From: Gammaproteobacteria bacterium
Lineage (GTDB): Bacteria > Pseudomonadota > Gammaproteobacteria > UBA4575
DNA: 64,000 nucleotides
Direction of reading: 5' to 3'
Assembly: GCA_965222615.1 (NCBI GenBank)
Contig: CBDCUI010000009.1
Location: 736,001 to 800,000 of the forward strand
In this document: piece by piece, positions 24,066 to 34,944 of the stretch
How the letters are laid out: each line of letters opens with the position of its first letter
Numbering within the stretch: the first letter of the stretch is position 1
Position numbers and translations under genes: made by a program
The notes under the pieces: model-generated
What the model was told of the DNA's origin: nothing
Database searches by the model: none
Seen by the model: the letters and a program-made list of their open reading frames with translations, nothing else

Positions 24066-25124
24066 TTAATTTTGATTATTCAAGGCTTCGCCTAGTAATT
24101 TAGCGGTTAAATCCACTATAGGGATTACCCGATCATATGACATGCGAGTAGGACCCACTACTGCAAGCACCCCCATAATCTCATCTTCCACTGCATAGGG
24201 AGAGGTTACTACACTACAATCATCCAAAACTTTATATCCTGCTTCTTGACCAATAAAAATTTGTATGCCATCTGCACAAATACATCGATCCAACAAATTT
24301 AAAAATTCTCGTTTCTGTCCAAACGCTTCAAATAGGTTTCTTAATTTTTCTATATCAGAAAGTTCGTCATATTCCATCAAATTGGTTTGACCCACTACAA
24401 CAAAATCTGCTTTCTCACTATCCGAGTCCGAGAATACTTTTTCTCCCATCTCCACAGCTGAGCGCATTAAGTCATTCATGTGTTCACGTACTTTATTCAA
24501 CTCATCCAAAATTTTCTGTCTGGCTGCAACTAAGTCCTGACCTTCACATAACTCATTTAGGTAATTAGCAGCTTGTTGCAATTCCGACTCTGTATATTCG
24601 CGTTCAGTATGTAGTATTCGATTTTGCACTTCTTTTTGATTAGTCACCAAAATTGCCAAAACCCGTTGATCTGATAGTGGTAAAAATTCAATTTGACGAA
24701 ATTCTGCACGCTCGTGTTTTGGCAATGTAACCACACCGGCCATACTGGTTAATCCTGACAATAAACCTGAAGCGCTTTCCACTAAGCTATTCACCGTCTG
24801 GTTCGGATTTAAGTTTTCAACTAGTTGCGAAATAACTTTAGAATTTACTGGTTGCACTTTAAGCATAGTGTCTACAAATAACCGGTAACCTTTAGTAGTC
24901 GGTACACGACCTGCAGAGGTATGCGGAGACTCAACATAGCCTAACTCTTCTAAGTCTGCCATTACATTGCGTACGGTAGCAGGGCTGATATCAAGCTCTG
25001 AAAGCTTAGCCAAAGTACGTGAACCCAGTGGATGACCATCTGAAATGTAGCTCTCAACCAACACCTTAAGCAGGCGTTGAGTACGCTCATTTAGAGAATT
25101 TGTTGAATCTTCAATCGAAACCAT
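24066..25124 (-). CDS. hrcA: Heat-inducible transcription repressor HrcA
   Basis: SPATVRNVMADLE, PHTSAGRVPT, GPTRMSY. Confidence 0.97.
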   Translation of the reverse strand: MVSIEDSTNSLNERTQRLLKVLVESYISDGHPLGSRTLAKLSELDISPATVRNVMADLEELGYVESPHTSAGRVPTTKGYRLFVDTMLKVQPVNSKVISQLVENLNPNQTVNSLVESASGLLSGLTSMAGVVTLPKHERAEFRQIEFLPLSDQRVLAILVTNQKEVQNRILHTEREYTESELQQAANYLNELCEGQDLVAARQKILDELNKVREHMNDLMRSAVEMGEKVFSDSDSEKADFVVVGQTNLMEYDELSDIEKLRNLFEAFGQKREFLNLLDRCICADGIQIFIGQEAGYKVLDDCSVVTSPYAVEDEIMGVLAVVGPTRMSYDRVIPIVDLTAKLLGEALNNQN

Positions 25125-25149
25125 GAATACGTGGCATCCTAGCTATGTT

Positions 25150-25176
25150 TTAGCACTCCCCTGAGAAGAGTGCCAA
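25150..25176. promoter_or_regulatory. CIRCE operator
   Basis: TTAGCACTC-N9-GAGTGCCAA directly upstream of hrcA. Confidence 0.93.
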
Positions 25177-25277
25177 AAACATAATTGCAAATACTGCGTA
25201 GACCTGTCAAGGAGTGTTCTGACTAGTGCAAACATTAGATCCGTGATAGCTTTCTAGAAAACTAGAAAAACCTTGTC

Positions 25278-26168
25278 GTGAGCCAATTTTCCAAAATCGG
25301 AATCGTTTCCAAGCCTAACGATCCGCATATTGCCGGTACCGTAGCTTCGCTGCATCGCTATTTATTGGCCAGAGCAGCCGACATTTATATGGATGCCGTT
25401 TCCGTGACGCTACTCAATCAAAAATCGGTAAAGCCAAGCAATATTGAAGAAATTGCCGAAATCTGTGATTTGGTTATTGTGGTGGGCGGCGATGGCACCA
25501 TTCTACATGCTGCCCATACCATTATAGAAAAAGACTTACCTATAGTAGGCATTAATATGGGGCACCTCGGATTTCTTGCTGAAATTACGCCGCTGGAAAT
25601 CGAAAAGCAGTTAGACGAAATATTTATAGGGAATTTTATCGAGGAACAACGCTTTGTATTGCAAACGAGTTTAATACGAGACGAAAAAACGATTAGCACG
25701 TCATATGCCGTAAACGATGTAGTTGTGCACGCCATGCAAATGGTTCGTATGATTGAAATGGAAACACGCGTGAACAGCCAGTATCTTAATACACTACGTG
25801 CCGATGGGTATATTGTTGCTACTCCAACAGGCTCTACTGCGTATGCCTTATCGGGAGGAGGTCCGATTTTACATCCAAACTTAGGTGCAATCGTATTGGT
25901 TCCAATATGTCCACATACATTAAGTAATCGCCCTATTGTCGTAGATGCAAATAGCCAAGTTGAAATCATGCTAGCCACAAAAAACCGTTATACCGCATTA
26001 GCTTCTATTGACGGACAAATCAATATGGATTTTAAGCCTGGAGATAGATTAACCATTCAAAAAGGCAAACACACATTGCGCTTGATTCAACCCATGCATT
26101 ATGATTATTTTGATGTGTTGCGCGAAAAATTACGCTGGAGCACGCCCCCTAATAGCAAAAATTCTTAG
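25278..26168 (+). CDS. nadK: NAD kinase
   Basis: GGDGT, GHLGFL, TPTGSTAYALSGGGP. Confidence 0.96.
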   Translation: MSQFSKIGIVSKPNDPHIAGTVASLHRYLLARAADIYMDAVSVTLLNQKSVKPSNIEEIAEICDLVIVVGGDGTILHAAHTIIEKDLPIVGINMGHLGFLAEITPLEIEKQLDEIFIGNFIEEQRFVLQTSLIRDEKTISTSYAVNDVVVHAMQMVRMIEMETRVNSQYLNTLRADGYIVATPTGSTAYALSGGGPILHPNLGAIVLVPICPHTLSNRPIVVDANSQVEIMLATKNRYTALASIDGQINMDFKPGDRLTIQKGKHTLRLIQPMHYDYFDVLREKLRWSTPPNSKNS

Positions 26169-26195
26169 GCCTCTCATTATTTACTATGCAGATTA

Positions 26196-27872
26196 ATGCT
26201 TAAATCAATCTACATTAGTAATTTTGCAATCATTGAACAGCTAGAACTAGATTTCTTCACTGGTATGAGCGTGTTAACAGGTGAAACAGGTGCTGGCAAA
26301 TCAATAATTATCGATGCGCTTAACTTAGCGCTGGGTGATCGTGCGGATCGTTCTGCTGCTCGTAATGCTGGAAAGAAAGTTGAGATAGTTGCCACGATTG
26401 AAATAAGTAACTTAAATGAAGTGACAGCTTGGTTGCAAGAACGCGATCTACAAGCTGGGGATGACTGTGTATTAAGACGTGTGGTATCACCAGATAGTAA
26501 ATCTAAGGCATATATCAACAATACTCCATGTTCATTAACGGTGTTGCGCAATCTTGGCGACTTACTAGTTGATGTCTACGGCCAACATGAACATCAGTCA
26601 CTTATGCGCAAAGATAAACAACGTATATTATTAGATAATTATGCTAGTAATGATACAAAAACCGAAAAACTAGCAACCGTTTATCGTCTTTGGCAAAGTT
26701 TAAACAACCAACTACAAAAAATTTTAAACAACCACGAAAATACTCTTTCACAATTAGAGTTGTTGCGCTATCAAAACGCCGAACTTGAGCAGCTCGGTTT
26801 AGGCAATAATGAGTATGAGAAAATAAATGAGCAGTATCTACGCTTAAATAGTGCCAAAGAATTAATAGAAGGCTGTAACCGAATGTCACAACAACTTGCA
26901 GGGGATAACGAAAATACAACCTATGACCACTTAAGTAGCACTGTAAGTGAATTAGAAAAATTAAGCCGATCTGATTCTATGCTTGAAGAACCTTTGGAGG
27001 AATTACAATCTATTCATATTCGTATAAAAGACATCGCAAATACTCTACGTGATTATTCTGAGCGTATATCCACAAATCCTCAAGAATTACAGCAACTCGA
27101 AGAACGCATCAGTGCAGTTGAAGAAATAGCGCGCAAACATAAAGTAAAACCCACAGAACTTGTGTCTCTACACTCATCTATTCAAGCTGAACTAAATAGT
27201 CTTGAAAACGAGCACGAAAATCCGAATAAGATAAAAAATGCTATGCAAGAAGCAGAACTTCATTATCAAATGCTGGCAAAACAAATAAGTTCCTCAAGAA
27301 AGCTAGCTGCTAAAAAATTAAACAAAAAAATAACGGATTTGATGCAATCCCTTGGCATGCAAGGAGGACAATTTCAAATCAACATTCAACCCAAGAAAAC
27401 TCAGGAGCTATCTCTCAATGGGTTAGACGATATTCAATTTATGGTGAGTATGAATCCAGGGCAATCATTACTCCCTATACAAAAAGTTGCATCGGGTGGT
27501 GAACTTTCTCGTTTGAGTTTAGCCATACAAATGGCAACAGCAAATAATCTTGGTATACCAACTCTTATTTTTGATGAAGTAGATGCCGGAGTAGGTGGTG
27601 CGACTGCAGAAGTTGTAGGTAGACATTTACGTAAACTCGGTAATGATGCTCAGGTGCTGTGCGTAACACACTTAGCCCAAGTTGCTGCACAAGCACACCA
27701 TCATTATAAGGTAAATAAATTTGAACAAGATGACTCAGTTAGCACTGAAATTAGCCACCTCACTGAAAACGCGCGTATCGACGAATTGGCGCGCATGTTA
27801 GGTGGTATAGAAATGACACAAAACACTCATGAATACGCCAAAGAAATGTTAAGTCAAACAAAAAATAATTAA
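26196..27872 (+). CDS. recN: DNA repair protein RecN
   Basis: TGETGAGKS, ASGGELSR, IFDEVD. Confidence 0.97.
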   Translation: MLKSIYISNFAIIEQLELDFFTGMSVLTGETGAGKSIIIDALNLALGDRADRSAARNAGKKVEIVATIEISNLNEVTAWLQERDLQAGDDCVLRRVVSPDSKSKAYINNTPCSLTVLRNLGDLLVDVYGQHEHQSLMRKDKQRILLDNYASNDTKTEKLATVYRLWQSLNNQLQKILNNHENTLSQLELLRYQNAELEQLGLGNNEYEKINEQYLRLNSAKELIEGCNRMSQQLAGDNENTTYDHLSSTVSELEKLSRSDSMLEEPLEELQSIHIRIKDIANTLRDYSERISTNPQELQQLEERISAVEEIARKHKVKPTELVSLHSSIQAELNSLENEHENPNKIKNAMQEAELHYQMLAKQISSSRKLAAKKLNKKITDLMQSLGMQGGQFQINIQPKKTQELSLNGLDDIQFMVSMNPGQSLLPIQKVASGGELSRLSLAIQMATANNLGIPTLIFDEVDAGVGGATAEVVGRHLRKLGNDAQVLCVTHLAQVAAQAHHHYKVNKFEQDDSVSTEISHLTENARIDELARMLGGIEMTQNTHEYAKEMLSQTKNN

Positions 27873-28364
27873 ATGAGATATCTATTCGCTATCATATTTA
27901 CAATCTACTGTTCATTAAGCTTGAGTAGTTGCCAAAGCAAATTGTTAACTGTTTATAAAATTGATGTGCAACAAGGTAATGCATTAGAAACAAAAACGGT
28001 TAATAAAGTTAGTCTTGGCATGAACAAAGAACAAGTTCGCTTTCTTTTGGGCAGCCCACTAATTGTCGATAGTTTTCATCCAGACCGTTGGGATTATGTG
28101 TATCTTTTTAAACCGGGATACGGGAAAGAAGAAAGACGACAATTAACTGTGATTTTTGATCGAAATGAAGTCATCGATATTATTAAGCAAGATATTGATA
28201 CAGACGATACAACGATTATTGAACAAGAAATACAAGATGAAAAAGATGAACAAGAATCAGATACAGAGATTACAGAGAAAGAAAAAGAAGAGCAGGAAGA
28301 ATTAGAACATCAAGCGGAAGAATTAAAAGATATATTGGAAACTAATAAAGACCCAATCAATTAA
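27873..28364 (+). CDS. bamE: Outer membrane assembly lipoprotein BamE with acidic C-terminal extension
   Basis: Lipobox LSSC; YKIDVQQGN, GMNKEQVRFLLGSP, DRWDY. Confidence 0.92.
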   Translation: MRYLFAIIFTIYCSLSLSSCQSKLLTVYKIDVQQGNALETKTVNKVSLGMNKEQVRFLLGSPLIVDSFHPDRWDYVYLFKPGYGKEERRQLTVIFDRNEVIDIIKQDIDTDDTTIIEQEIQDEKDEQESDTEITEKEKEEQEELEHQAEELKDILETNKDPIN

Positions 28365-28479
28365 TATCCGGTTCAAAATACATTTAGGTGTAAAAGTTTA
28401 AGTTTATCAACCAGGCACTCTAAGACATGAGCCTAAACAGGCCAAGATTCAAAGGTATTGTTCTTCAATAGCACCTCTT

Positions 28480-28790
28480 CTATGCGCATTACATCACGCT
28501 GAGAAGCGCAAGATATTTTCAGAGTAAGGCGAGCGGTGTTTAAGCGTAGCGAGTTTGCGATGCCGCTGGGATCATCAACGCAAGAGTAAGTGATGTTCTG
28601 CGCAATGGTTTTGGCAAGAATCGGCTATTTTATTGGGTCGCAACTTCCATGATGCGAACTCTCTCTCGTACTTCCTTGTACTCGCTATTGCCGTAACAAA
28701 AGTACCTTGCTCTCGAGTGAACCTGTTGAGGAAGAGAACTGTAGTGGTGAGAGAGCGAAAACCGTATATCGCTATCTCTTACGAGCACGG
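28480..28790. repeat. Degenerate GC-richer hairpin-rich intergenic repeat-like segment
   Basis: Blocks GCGAGCGGTGTTTAAGCGTAGCGAGTT and TTGCCGTAACAAAAGTACC, with two GGA-loop hairpins on the minus strand at ~28639-28686. Confidence 0.45.
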
Positions 28791-28888
28791 AATGGCTTTA
28801 CTTGATTGGCAATGACTAGTTTCGATTTATTCTGTCTCTGTCTGTTAGTTTAAATTCATGCTAATACAATTTAGCATACTTCAGCTAA

Positions 28889-29323
28889 TTAATTACAAGC
28901 ACCGATATACTTGCCTTCCCACTTAGTAGACATTGTGATTTGTTGCCCATCATAGCTTGCAGAAATATCCATTCCGCCTGAGATGTTAGTGCCCTCCGAT
29001 TTGGCATGCCCTTCGCCTATCATTTCTACTTGTTGATTTTGACAGCGAATTGTCCATGTCATAGATTTTTCGTCTACTTTAGAATCCTGAATCTCACAAT
29101 CCGTCGCATCATCTGTCATCAACTTTTCTGGTGTAATGCTAGATGTCTCTATACAGTCTTTTGCAGTTCTTTCTTGTGTTCCGCCACCAGGCATCGTGAT
29201 ATAACTTTGAATTTCCCATAAACCAGATTTAATCTGCATGCCTCCAGCATAGACAATGCTGACAAAACTGATCACTAAATATATGCTGAATACATGTAAC
29301 AATTGCTTTTGGATGAAACGCAT
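28889..29323 (-). CDS. Secreted DUF3617-like protein
   Basis: Signal peptide; SGLWEI, spaced Cys, GKYIGAC C-terminus. Confidence 0.75.
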   Translation of the reverse strand: MRFIQKQLLHVFSIYLVISFVSIVYAGGMQIKSGLWEIQSYITMPGGGTQERTAKDCIETSSITPEKLMTDDATDCEIQDSKVDEKSMTWTIRCQNQQVEMIGEGHAKSEGTNISGGMDISASYDGQQITMSTKWEGKYIGACN

Positions 29324-29361
29324 GAAATTCCTTTAGTTAGTTAAGTATTATTATAGCGACC

Positions 29362-29652
29362 TTAGCTACTTAATTCAGCTCGCATTCGCCGTGCTTCCAT
29401 AGGGTTTTTGTGTAAAGGTCGATATATCTCGACTCTGTCATTATCAGATAAGACATGTTCCAGGCTTACTATGTTCCCATGGATACCAACGTTATTATTA
29501 TTCAAATTAATCTCAGGATATTTATCCAAAATTTTAGAATGCTGAATGGCCTGTAACACACTCGCATGCTTGGGCATGGATAGAGAGATTATCTCTTGGT
29601 AATGAGGCAATGCATAACAAACCTTCACAGAAATTGAAGCTTTATTTCCCAT
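29362..29652 (-). CDS. rnfH: RnfH/RatB ubiquitin-like protein
   Basis: DRVEIYRPL..NPMEARR; next to ratA. Confidence 0.9.
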   Translation of the reverse strand: MGNKASISVKVCYALPHYQEIISLSMPKHASVLQAIQHSKILDKYPEINLNNNNVGIHGNIVSLEHVLSDNDRVEIYRPLHKNPMEARRMRAELSS

Positions 29653-30076
29653 ATAGATCTTCAGCTCTTTGCGCAAAAGCCGAAACCAGTTTGTTCGTTA
29701 CTTGGTTGAAAATTGGCCCAAGTGTAGCCTCATACAAACGATTTGCAAATGAAAATTCCATATCGAGCTCAACACGACATGCCTTAGTATCTATCTCGTG
29801 AAACTGCCACGTACCGATTAAATGATTAAATGGGCCTTCAACTAAGTGCATAGTAATCTTTTCATTTTTTACCAACTCATTCTTAGTCGTCACTGATGCC
29901 GTAATACCTCGATTTGCAAAGTGCATGGTGGCTTGTTTTTCATATTCAGTTTCATTGTGCACCTCACATTTTACACACCATGGGATAAATTCAGGATAAA
30001 CATCAACATCATTAACTAACAAATACATTTGTGTTGCTGAGTATGGTAACAATGCACTGCGTTGAACATGTGTCAT
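29642..30076 (-). CDS. ratA: RatA/PasT (Coq10-like START domain) protein
   Basis: SALLPYSA..MY.LVNDV..YPEFIPWC, GPF..L.G.W, AFAQRA. Confidence 0.93.
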   Translation of the reverse strand: MTHVQRSALLPYSATQMYLLVNDVDVYPEFIPWCVKCEVHNETEYEKQATMHFANRGITASVTTKNELVKNEKITMHLVEGPFNHLIGTWQFHEIDTKACRVELDMEFSFANRLYEATLGPIFNQVTNKLVSAFAQRAEDLYGK

Positions 30077-30093
30077 AGGAGTACTTTAAGTAA

Positions 30094-30223
30094 CCTCTGA
30101 TTTATTCTGTCCTAATTAATTTTCTTAGGTCGTTAAAAATGATCTCAAAATGCTCATGTATTGTCATATACCTTCCGCTTTTTTGACCATCTCAGTTATT
30201 TCATTAATAAATCAGAGCCTCCT
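30094..30223 (-). repeat. MITE/RPE-like element (reverse orientation) abutting the transporter stop codon
   Basis: IR CTCTGATTTATT/AATAAATCAGAG; core CTCATGTAT...ATACCTTCCG. Confidence 0.8.
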
Positions 30224-31619
30224 ATGCAATACTTAATTTTTCTAGAACACCAATCACATGTAAAAAGATAAGTATCACTCCTATGGGGGTTATATATCTT
30301 GCTAGGAAGCGCCAAAGTTGATAAGCACCTTCGTGTTTGATTTTCAGTTCATCGCGTTGTGAAGATTCATGCATTAACCATGCAGCAAAAATGCAAATTA
30401 AAATGCCGCCCAATGGCAGCATGATATTTGAAGTTGCATAATCTAATAAATCAAAAAATGATTTTCCTTCAAGAAAAGTACCATTGAATAACTCGATTTT
30501 GTTCCAGTTATTAAATGAAAAAACTGTACCCAAGCCAATTGCCCAGGTCACAGCTCCACAAATTAGCGACGAAGTCAGGCGTGAAATAGAAAACTTTTCA
30601 ATCATCCATGCTACTGCTGGCTCAATTAGCGATATTGCAGATGTCCATGCCGCAAAAACCAATAATATGAAAAACAAAGTTCCAAATATGATCCCACCTG
30701 GCATCTGTCCAAAAGCAAGTGGCAGTGTATTGAAAATTAATCCAGGCCCTTGTCCAGCTTCTAAACCATTTGCAAATACTATAGGGAAAATTGCTAAACC
30801 AGCTAACAATGCAACAAGAGTATCTGCAATCGCAACTTGAAAACTCGTAGTGGCAATCGATGCATCATCGGGAAGATAAGATCCATACATCATAATTGCA
30901 CCCATACCTAAGCTTAAACTAAAAAAAGCCTGGCCCATTGCCTTCAGTACGACTTCAGGACTTAATTTCGAAAAATCCGGTGCAAATAAAAACCTCAAAC
31001 CGGTGAGAAACTCTCCTTTAAAGATTGCATAAACGATCATCACAAGGATCAACACAAATAAAGCCGGCATTAAAAAACGAACCGCAGTTTCTAAACCTTT
31101 ATTAACCCCTCGAACCACTACCGCTATAGTAAGCACCATAAATATGGTGTGCCAAAAAATCAGACGGGTGGGATTTGATATTAAGGAATTAAAGATATCT
31201 CCAGCACCTTCACTGGAAATTTGAACGAAGGTGCCCGAACCAATTTCAACCACATAGGCTAATGCCCAACCGGCAATCACGCTGTAATAGGAAAGAATTA
31301 GAAAACCCGCTAATACACCCATTAGTCCTAATAGACTCCATGAGTTACTACGCTTTTCTTCTGCTGCTAATGTACTCATGGTATTTACTGGACTACTTCT
31401 ACCTCTGCGTCCGAGTAATACTTCAGACATCATTACAGGAATACCAAACAACACAATACAGATTAGATAAAGTAATACAAAGGCACCGCCGCCACTGTCA
31501 CCTGCCATGTAAGGAAATTTCCAAATATTGCCCAGCCCAACCGCAGACCCAGCTGCCGCCAAAACAAACGCAAATCTTGAAGACCAGTAACCGTGGATAG
31601 ATGTTCTTGAGGCAGTCAT
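30222..31619 (-). CDS. Sodium-dependent transporter (NSS/SNF family)
   Basis: WSSRFAFVLAAAGSAVGLGNIWKFPY, GQAFFSLSLG. Confidence 0.93.
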   Translation of the reverse strand: MTASRTSIHGYWSSRFAFVLAAAGSAVGLGNIWKFPYMAGDSGGGAFVLLYLICIVLFGIPVMMSEVLLGRRGRSSPVNTMSTLAAEEKRSNSWSLLGLMGVLAGFLILSYYSVIAGWALAYVVEIGSGTFVQISSEGAGDIFNSLISNPTRLIFWHTIFMVLTIAVVVRGVNKGLETAVRFLMPALFVLILVMIVYAIFKGEFLTGLRFLFAPDFSKLSPEVVLKAMGQAFFSLSLGMGAIMMYGSYLPDDASIATTSFQVAIADTLVALLAGLAIFPIVFANGLEAGQGPGLIFNTLPLAFGQMPGGIIFGTLFFILLVFAAWTSAISLIEPAVAWMIEKFSISRLTSSLICGAVTWAIGLGTVFSFNNWNKIELFNGTFLEGKSFFDLLDYATSNIMLPLGGILICIFAAWLMHESSQRDELKIKHEGAYQLWRFLARYITPIGVILIFLHVIGVLEKLSIA

Positions 31620-31719
31620 TGATTTTACATTATTGAGTAATCAATTCAGCACGCATAAATATTATTTAACATATACTACGGAGTTAACAGAAACAATCTT
31701 ACGTATATAAAATTCAATT

Positions 31720-31936
31720 GGGAAGACTCTGATTTATTAATGAAATGACTGAGATTGAGGCAAAAAATGTCGAGACAAATCTGCCGGGAGCAGATTCGGA
31801 AAACTCTGCTAGCCGCCGGCCGAGCACCTGGAAGGTACGAGTCAAAGCATAGTGTATTGGTGAATACATGAGCGTTTCGAAACATTTTACTTTAACCACA
31901 TTTCTTAGGGACATATCAGAATAAATCAGAGCCCCT
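31720..31936 (+). repeat. MITE/RPE-like element, long form, upstream of smpB
   Basis: Aligns end to end with the 7730-7944 copy. Confidence 0.85.
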
Positions 31937-31954
31937 CTAAACCATATTAGACCA

Positions 31955-32428
31955 ATGGCTAAAGCCAAAACTAAATTCGATAATAATATAGCGATCAATA
32001 AAAAGGCTCGACATGACTATTTTATTATTGAAAAAATTGAAGCTGGCATTGTACTTGAAGGCTGGGAAGTAAAAAGTTTACGTGCAAAAAACATACAATT
32101 GAAGGAAAGTTATGTTCTGGTCAAAAATATGGAAGCATGGTTATTAGGCGCACATATTAGTCCACTACCTACTGCCTCTACCCATAAAACAATCGACCCC
32201 ATTCGCACAAGAAAACTACTTTTACACAGAAGTGAATTGGCTAAATTAATTGGAGCTGTTGAAAGAAAAGGCTTTACCATCGTGCCATTGTCAATGTATT
32301 GGAAGAAGGGAATCGCCAAAATTGAAATTGGTATAGCTCGGGGCAAACAGAAACAAGATAAACGCGCAAGTATAAAAGAACGAGATTGGCAACGTGATAA
32401 ACAAAGGCTGTTAAAACACGGGAAGTAA
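31955..32428 (+). CDS. smpB: SsrA-binding protein
   Basis: [31 protein letters not shown]. Confidence 0.98.
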   Translation: MAKAKTKFDNNIAINKKARHDYFIIEKIEAGIVLEGWEVKSLRAKNIQLKESYVLVKNMEAWLLGAHISPLPTASTHKTIDPIRTRKLLLHRSELAKLIGAVERKGFTIVPLSMYWKKGIAKIEIGIARGKQKQDKRASIKERDWQRDKQRLLKHGK

Positions 32429-32513
32429 TAACAACTTTGACTTTGTTATATTTTGCGTTCGCTCAAATACTTTGTTTTTGTATAACAGCTTTTGAAAAAC
32501 TGAGAAAGCGAGT

Positions 32514-32744
32514 CTATTCGACTCTTATGCCACAGTTAAATATTCCTGATTTTGCCTGCTTTTGTGTTTCTGCTATGCACTCCTCATATGAATCAAATTC
32601 TCCAACCTCTGAAGAAGATTTAGTATTTGCATTTGCATACACTTCACCCACCCATTTACCACCGGCTGCACCACCATCATCCCCACACGCTGTTAACATT
32701 AAAGGCAAAACAATACCTACAGCTGCAAAAAGTTTTTGTCTCAT
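32514..32744 (-). CDS. Small hypothetical lipoprotein
   Basis: GGAG RBS; MRQKLFAAVGIVLPLMLTAC lipobox; two further Cys. Confidence 0.65.
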   Translation of the reverse strand: MRQKLFAAVGIVLPLMLTACGDDGGAAGGKWVGEVYANANTKSSSEVGEFDSYEECIAETQKQAKSGIFNCGIRVE

Positions 32745-32839
32745 AACGAGTTCTCCAAAAAATGGCGAGTGTTTATTAACACGAAATGTAACGAAAATCG
32801 TGTAGTACAGCAACCGCAATACATCTTATGCTGATATAA

Positions 32840-33556
32840 TTAGTTAGAATGGCCTTTGGTCCAGATACAGCCGGAATCACTCTCCTGCTGAATTTTATTT
32901 AAAATAAGCTCATGCTCCTGCAATTCTTCTTCATTTGCATAAATTATATTTAGCGTAGGTCGATCACGCATTGCTTCTAGGTCAGTTTTACTTTGATGTG
33001 CCGATTTTTCTGTATTTGCAGCTAAACTCAACGTCGCCTGGCCGCCAGTCATAGCCAAATATACATCTGCTAAAATCTTCGCATCAAGCAAAGCCCCATG
33101 TAATTCACGTTGGGAATTGTCGATTTCATATCGTGCACACAACGCATCCAAACTATTTTTTTGGCCCGGATGCAACGTTCTTGCCAGCTCAAGGGTATCT
33201 ACTACCTCACAGCAGTCATTTATATCAGTAATATGGTGTTTGGCTTGCATTAGCTCCGCATTAATAAATCCGATATCAAATGAGGCATTGTGGATAATTA
33301 CCTCAGCACCATCGATAAATTGAAGCAGGTCATCAGCAATATTTGAAAATCTTGGTTTATCTTGTAGAAATTCCTGCTTAATACCATGCACTTCTAACGC
33401 ACCATCATCGATTTCACGTTCAGGATTTAAAAAGTAATGAAACGTTCGATTGGTAATTCGTCGATGCATGATTTCGACACATCCAATCTCGATGATACGA
33501 TGACCTTGGGAAACTTCTAAACCAGTAGTTTCTGTATCTAATACTATTTGTCGCAT
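32840..33556 (-). CDS. dnaQ: DNA polymerase III epsilon subunit
   Basis: LDTETTGL, HNASFD, HGALLDA. Confidence 0.97.
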   Translation of the reverse strand: MRQIVLDTETTGLEVSQGHRIIEIGCVEIMHRRITNRTFHYFLNPEREIDDGALEVHGIKQEFLQDKPRFSNIADDLLQFIDGAEVIIHNASFDIGFINAELMQAKHHITDINDCCEVVDTLELARTLHPGQKNSLDALCARYEIDNSQRELHGALLDAKILADVYLAMTGGQATLSLAANTEKSAHQSKTDLEAMRDRPTLNIIYANEEELQEHELILNKIQQESDSGCIWTKGHSN

Positions 33557-33613
33557 TTCATAATTAGAGCTAAGACTAAGAAGTTTAATAATACAACTTT
33601 TATGCTCACACGG

Positions 33614-34054
33614 TTAGGATAACAAATCATCAATGGCTTCATTCGCTAGCTGGTCTACTCGCTCGTTTTCGACGTGCCCACTATGACCTTTGACCCATTT
33701 CCATTTCACTATATGTTGTTCAACTAATTTATCCAATTCACGCCATAAGTCATCATTTTTTACTGGCTTTTTTGAGGAAGTCTTCCAACCATTTTGTTTC
33801 CAATTTGGTAACCAGCGCTGTATTCCATCCATTAAATAACGTGAGTCAGTTGTAATACAAACTTTACATGGACGCTTTAATTTTTGTAGTGCCGATACTG
33901 CAGCTTGTAGCTCCATGCGGTTATTAGTAGTTTCCGCTTGCGCCCCACTAATTAATGTTTCTTTATTTCCATAACGCAATATGGCGGCCCATCCCCCCGG
34001 CCCGGGGTTACCGCGACAGGCACCATCAGTGTAAATATCGACTTGCTTGGGCAT
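33614..34054 (-). CDS. rnhA: Ribonuclease HI
   Basis: [31 protein letters not shown]. Confidence 0.98.
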   Translation of the reverse strand: MPKQVDIYTDGACRGNPGPGGWAAILRYGNKETLISGAQAETTNNRMELQAAVSALQKLKRPCKVCITTDSRYLMDGIQRWLPNWKQNGWKTSSKKPVKNDDLWRELDKLVEQHIVKWKWVKGHSGHVENERVDQLANEAIDDLLS

Positions 34055-34808
34055 GCGGAGTCTGTCTAGCGGAAGGTTCCGCCACATTTACGGGCAGAAT
34101 TGAGCGACGTGGACGCCATGGTTGAGGTCTTGGAGTGAGGGTTAATACTCTCTTTTGCGCAACAAAAATTTGGATGTCACCAACACGCCCCATACCAAAA
34201 CGCTGCATTTTGTTTAATACCTCTAAACGTTGTTGTACCCGCATATTTTGAATTGGAGGCCGAAATCCAACGCGTTGTGTTTTCAATATCGTAAAATCTA
34301 AAAGCGCCAACCAATCTTTTAATCTTCGTGCTGTATAAAAATGGCCTGTCCAAGGCACACGTTTACTACGCGTTAATAAAAGCTTAGTCAAACCCATCAT
34401 GCTCAAAGGATTAAATGCAATTAATACTAAATGACCTTCTGAAATTAACACTCGATATACTTCACGTAATACCTGATGGGGATCGTGAGAAAACTCTAGA
34501 GTGTGTGGCATCACAATTAAATCGATAGTGTCTTGCGGAAAAGGTAATGCTAAAGGAGTAGCAGAGATATTGCCTTGACTAGGCGCAATGGCCATATGGA
34601 TTTTTTTGCTTATCGTGCTACTTGCTAAAAGATCTATGTCATTACCGAGAGAACCTATCTGCAATGCAAAGTAACCAAACAGATTTGGCAATAGCATTTC
34701 CATTTTGTCTTTGAGTTCATTGCTCAAAATTTGTCCAGCTGGACTCGTATACCATTCCTGCAATTGCAACGAGAATTTTTCGGAATTTTGTAAAAGTGAT
34801 TCTTGCAT
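34026..34808 (-). CDS. SAM-dependent methyltransferase (YafS-like)
   Basis: LPF..D..D....[18 protein letters not shown]; conserved position next to rnhA. Confidence 0.88.
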   Translation of the reverse strand: MQESLLQNSEKFSLQLQEWYTSPAGQILSNELKDKMEMLLPNLFGYFALQIGSLGNDIDLLASSTISKKIHMAIAPSQGNISATPLALPFPQDTIDLIVMPHTLEFSHDPHQVLREVYRVLISEGHLVLIAFNPLSMMGLTKLLLTRSKRVPWTGHFYTARRLKDWLALLDFTILKTQRVGFRPPIQNMRVQQRLEVLNKMQRFGMGRVGDIQIFVAQKRVLTLTPRPQPWRPRRSILPVNVAEPSARQTPHAQASRYLH

Positions 34809-34944
34809 AAATGTAATTCTACCTTAAAACAACTGGTTGTGAGAAAATCTTTCTAAAAAGAATTAAAGTTAGCCATAACTTACGCTAATTCAATCAAATA
34901 ATTATTGTTGATCTCTTTATTTTGTATCTCTATGCTTCACGCAC

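Noticed and set aside
32429-32840. tmRNA (ssrA) downstream of smpB
   Set aside because: No GGGGC.../...CCACCA tRNA-like ends were seen; the space holds a small lipoprotein gene
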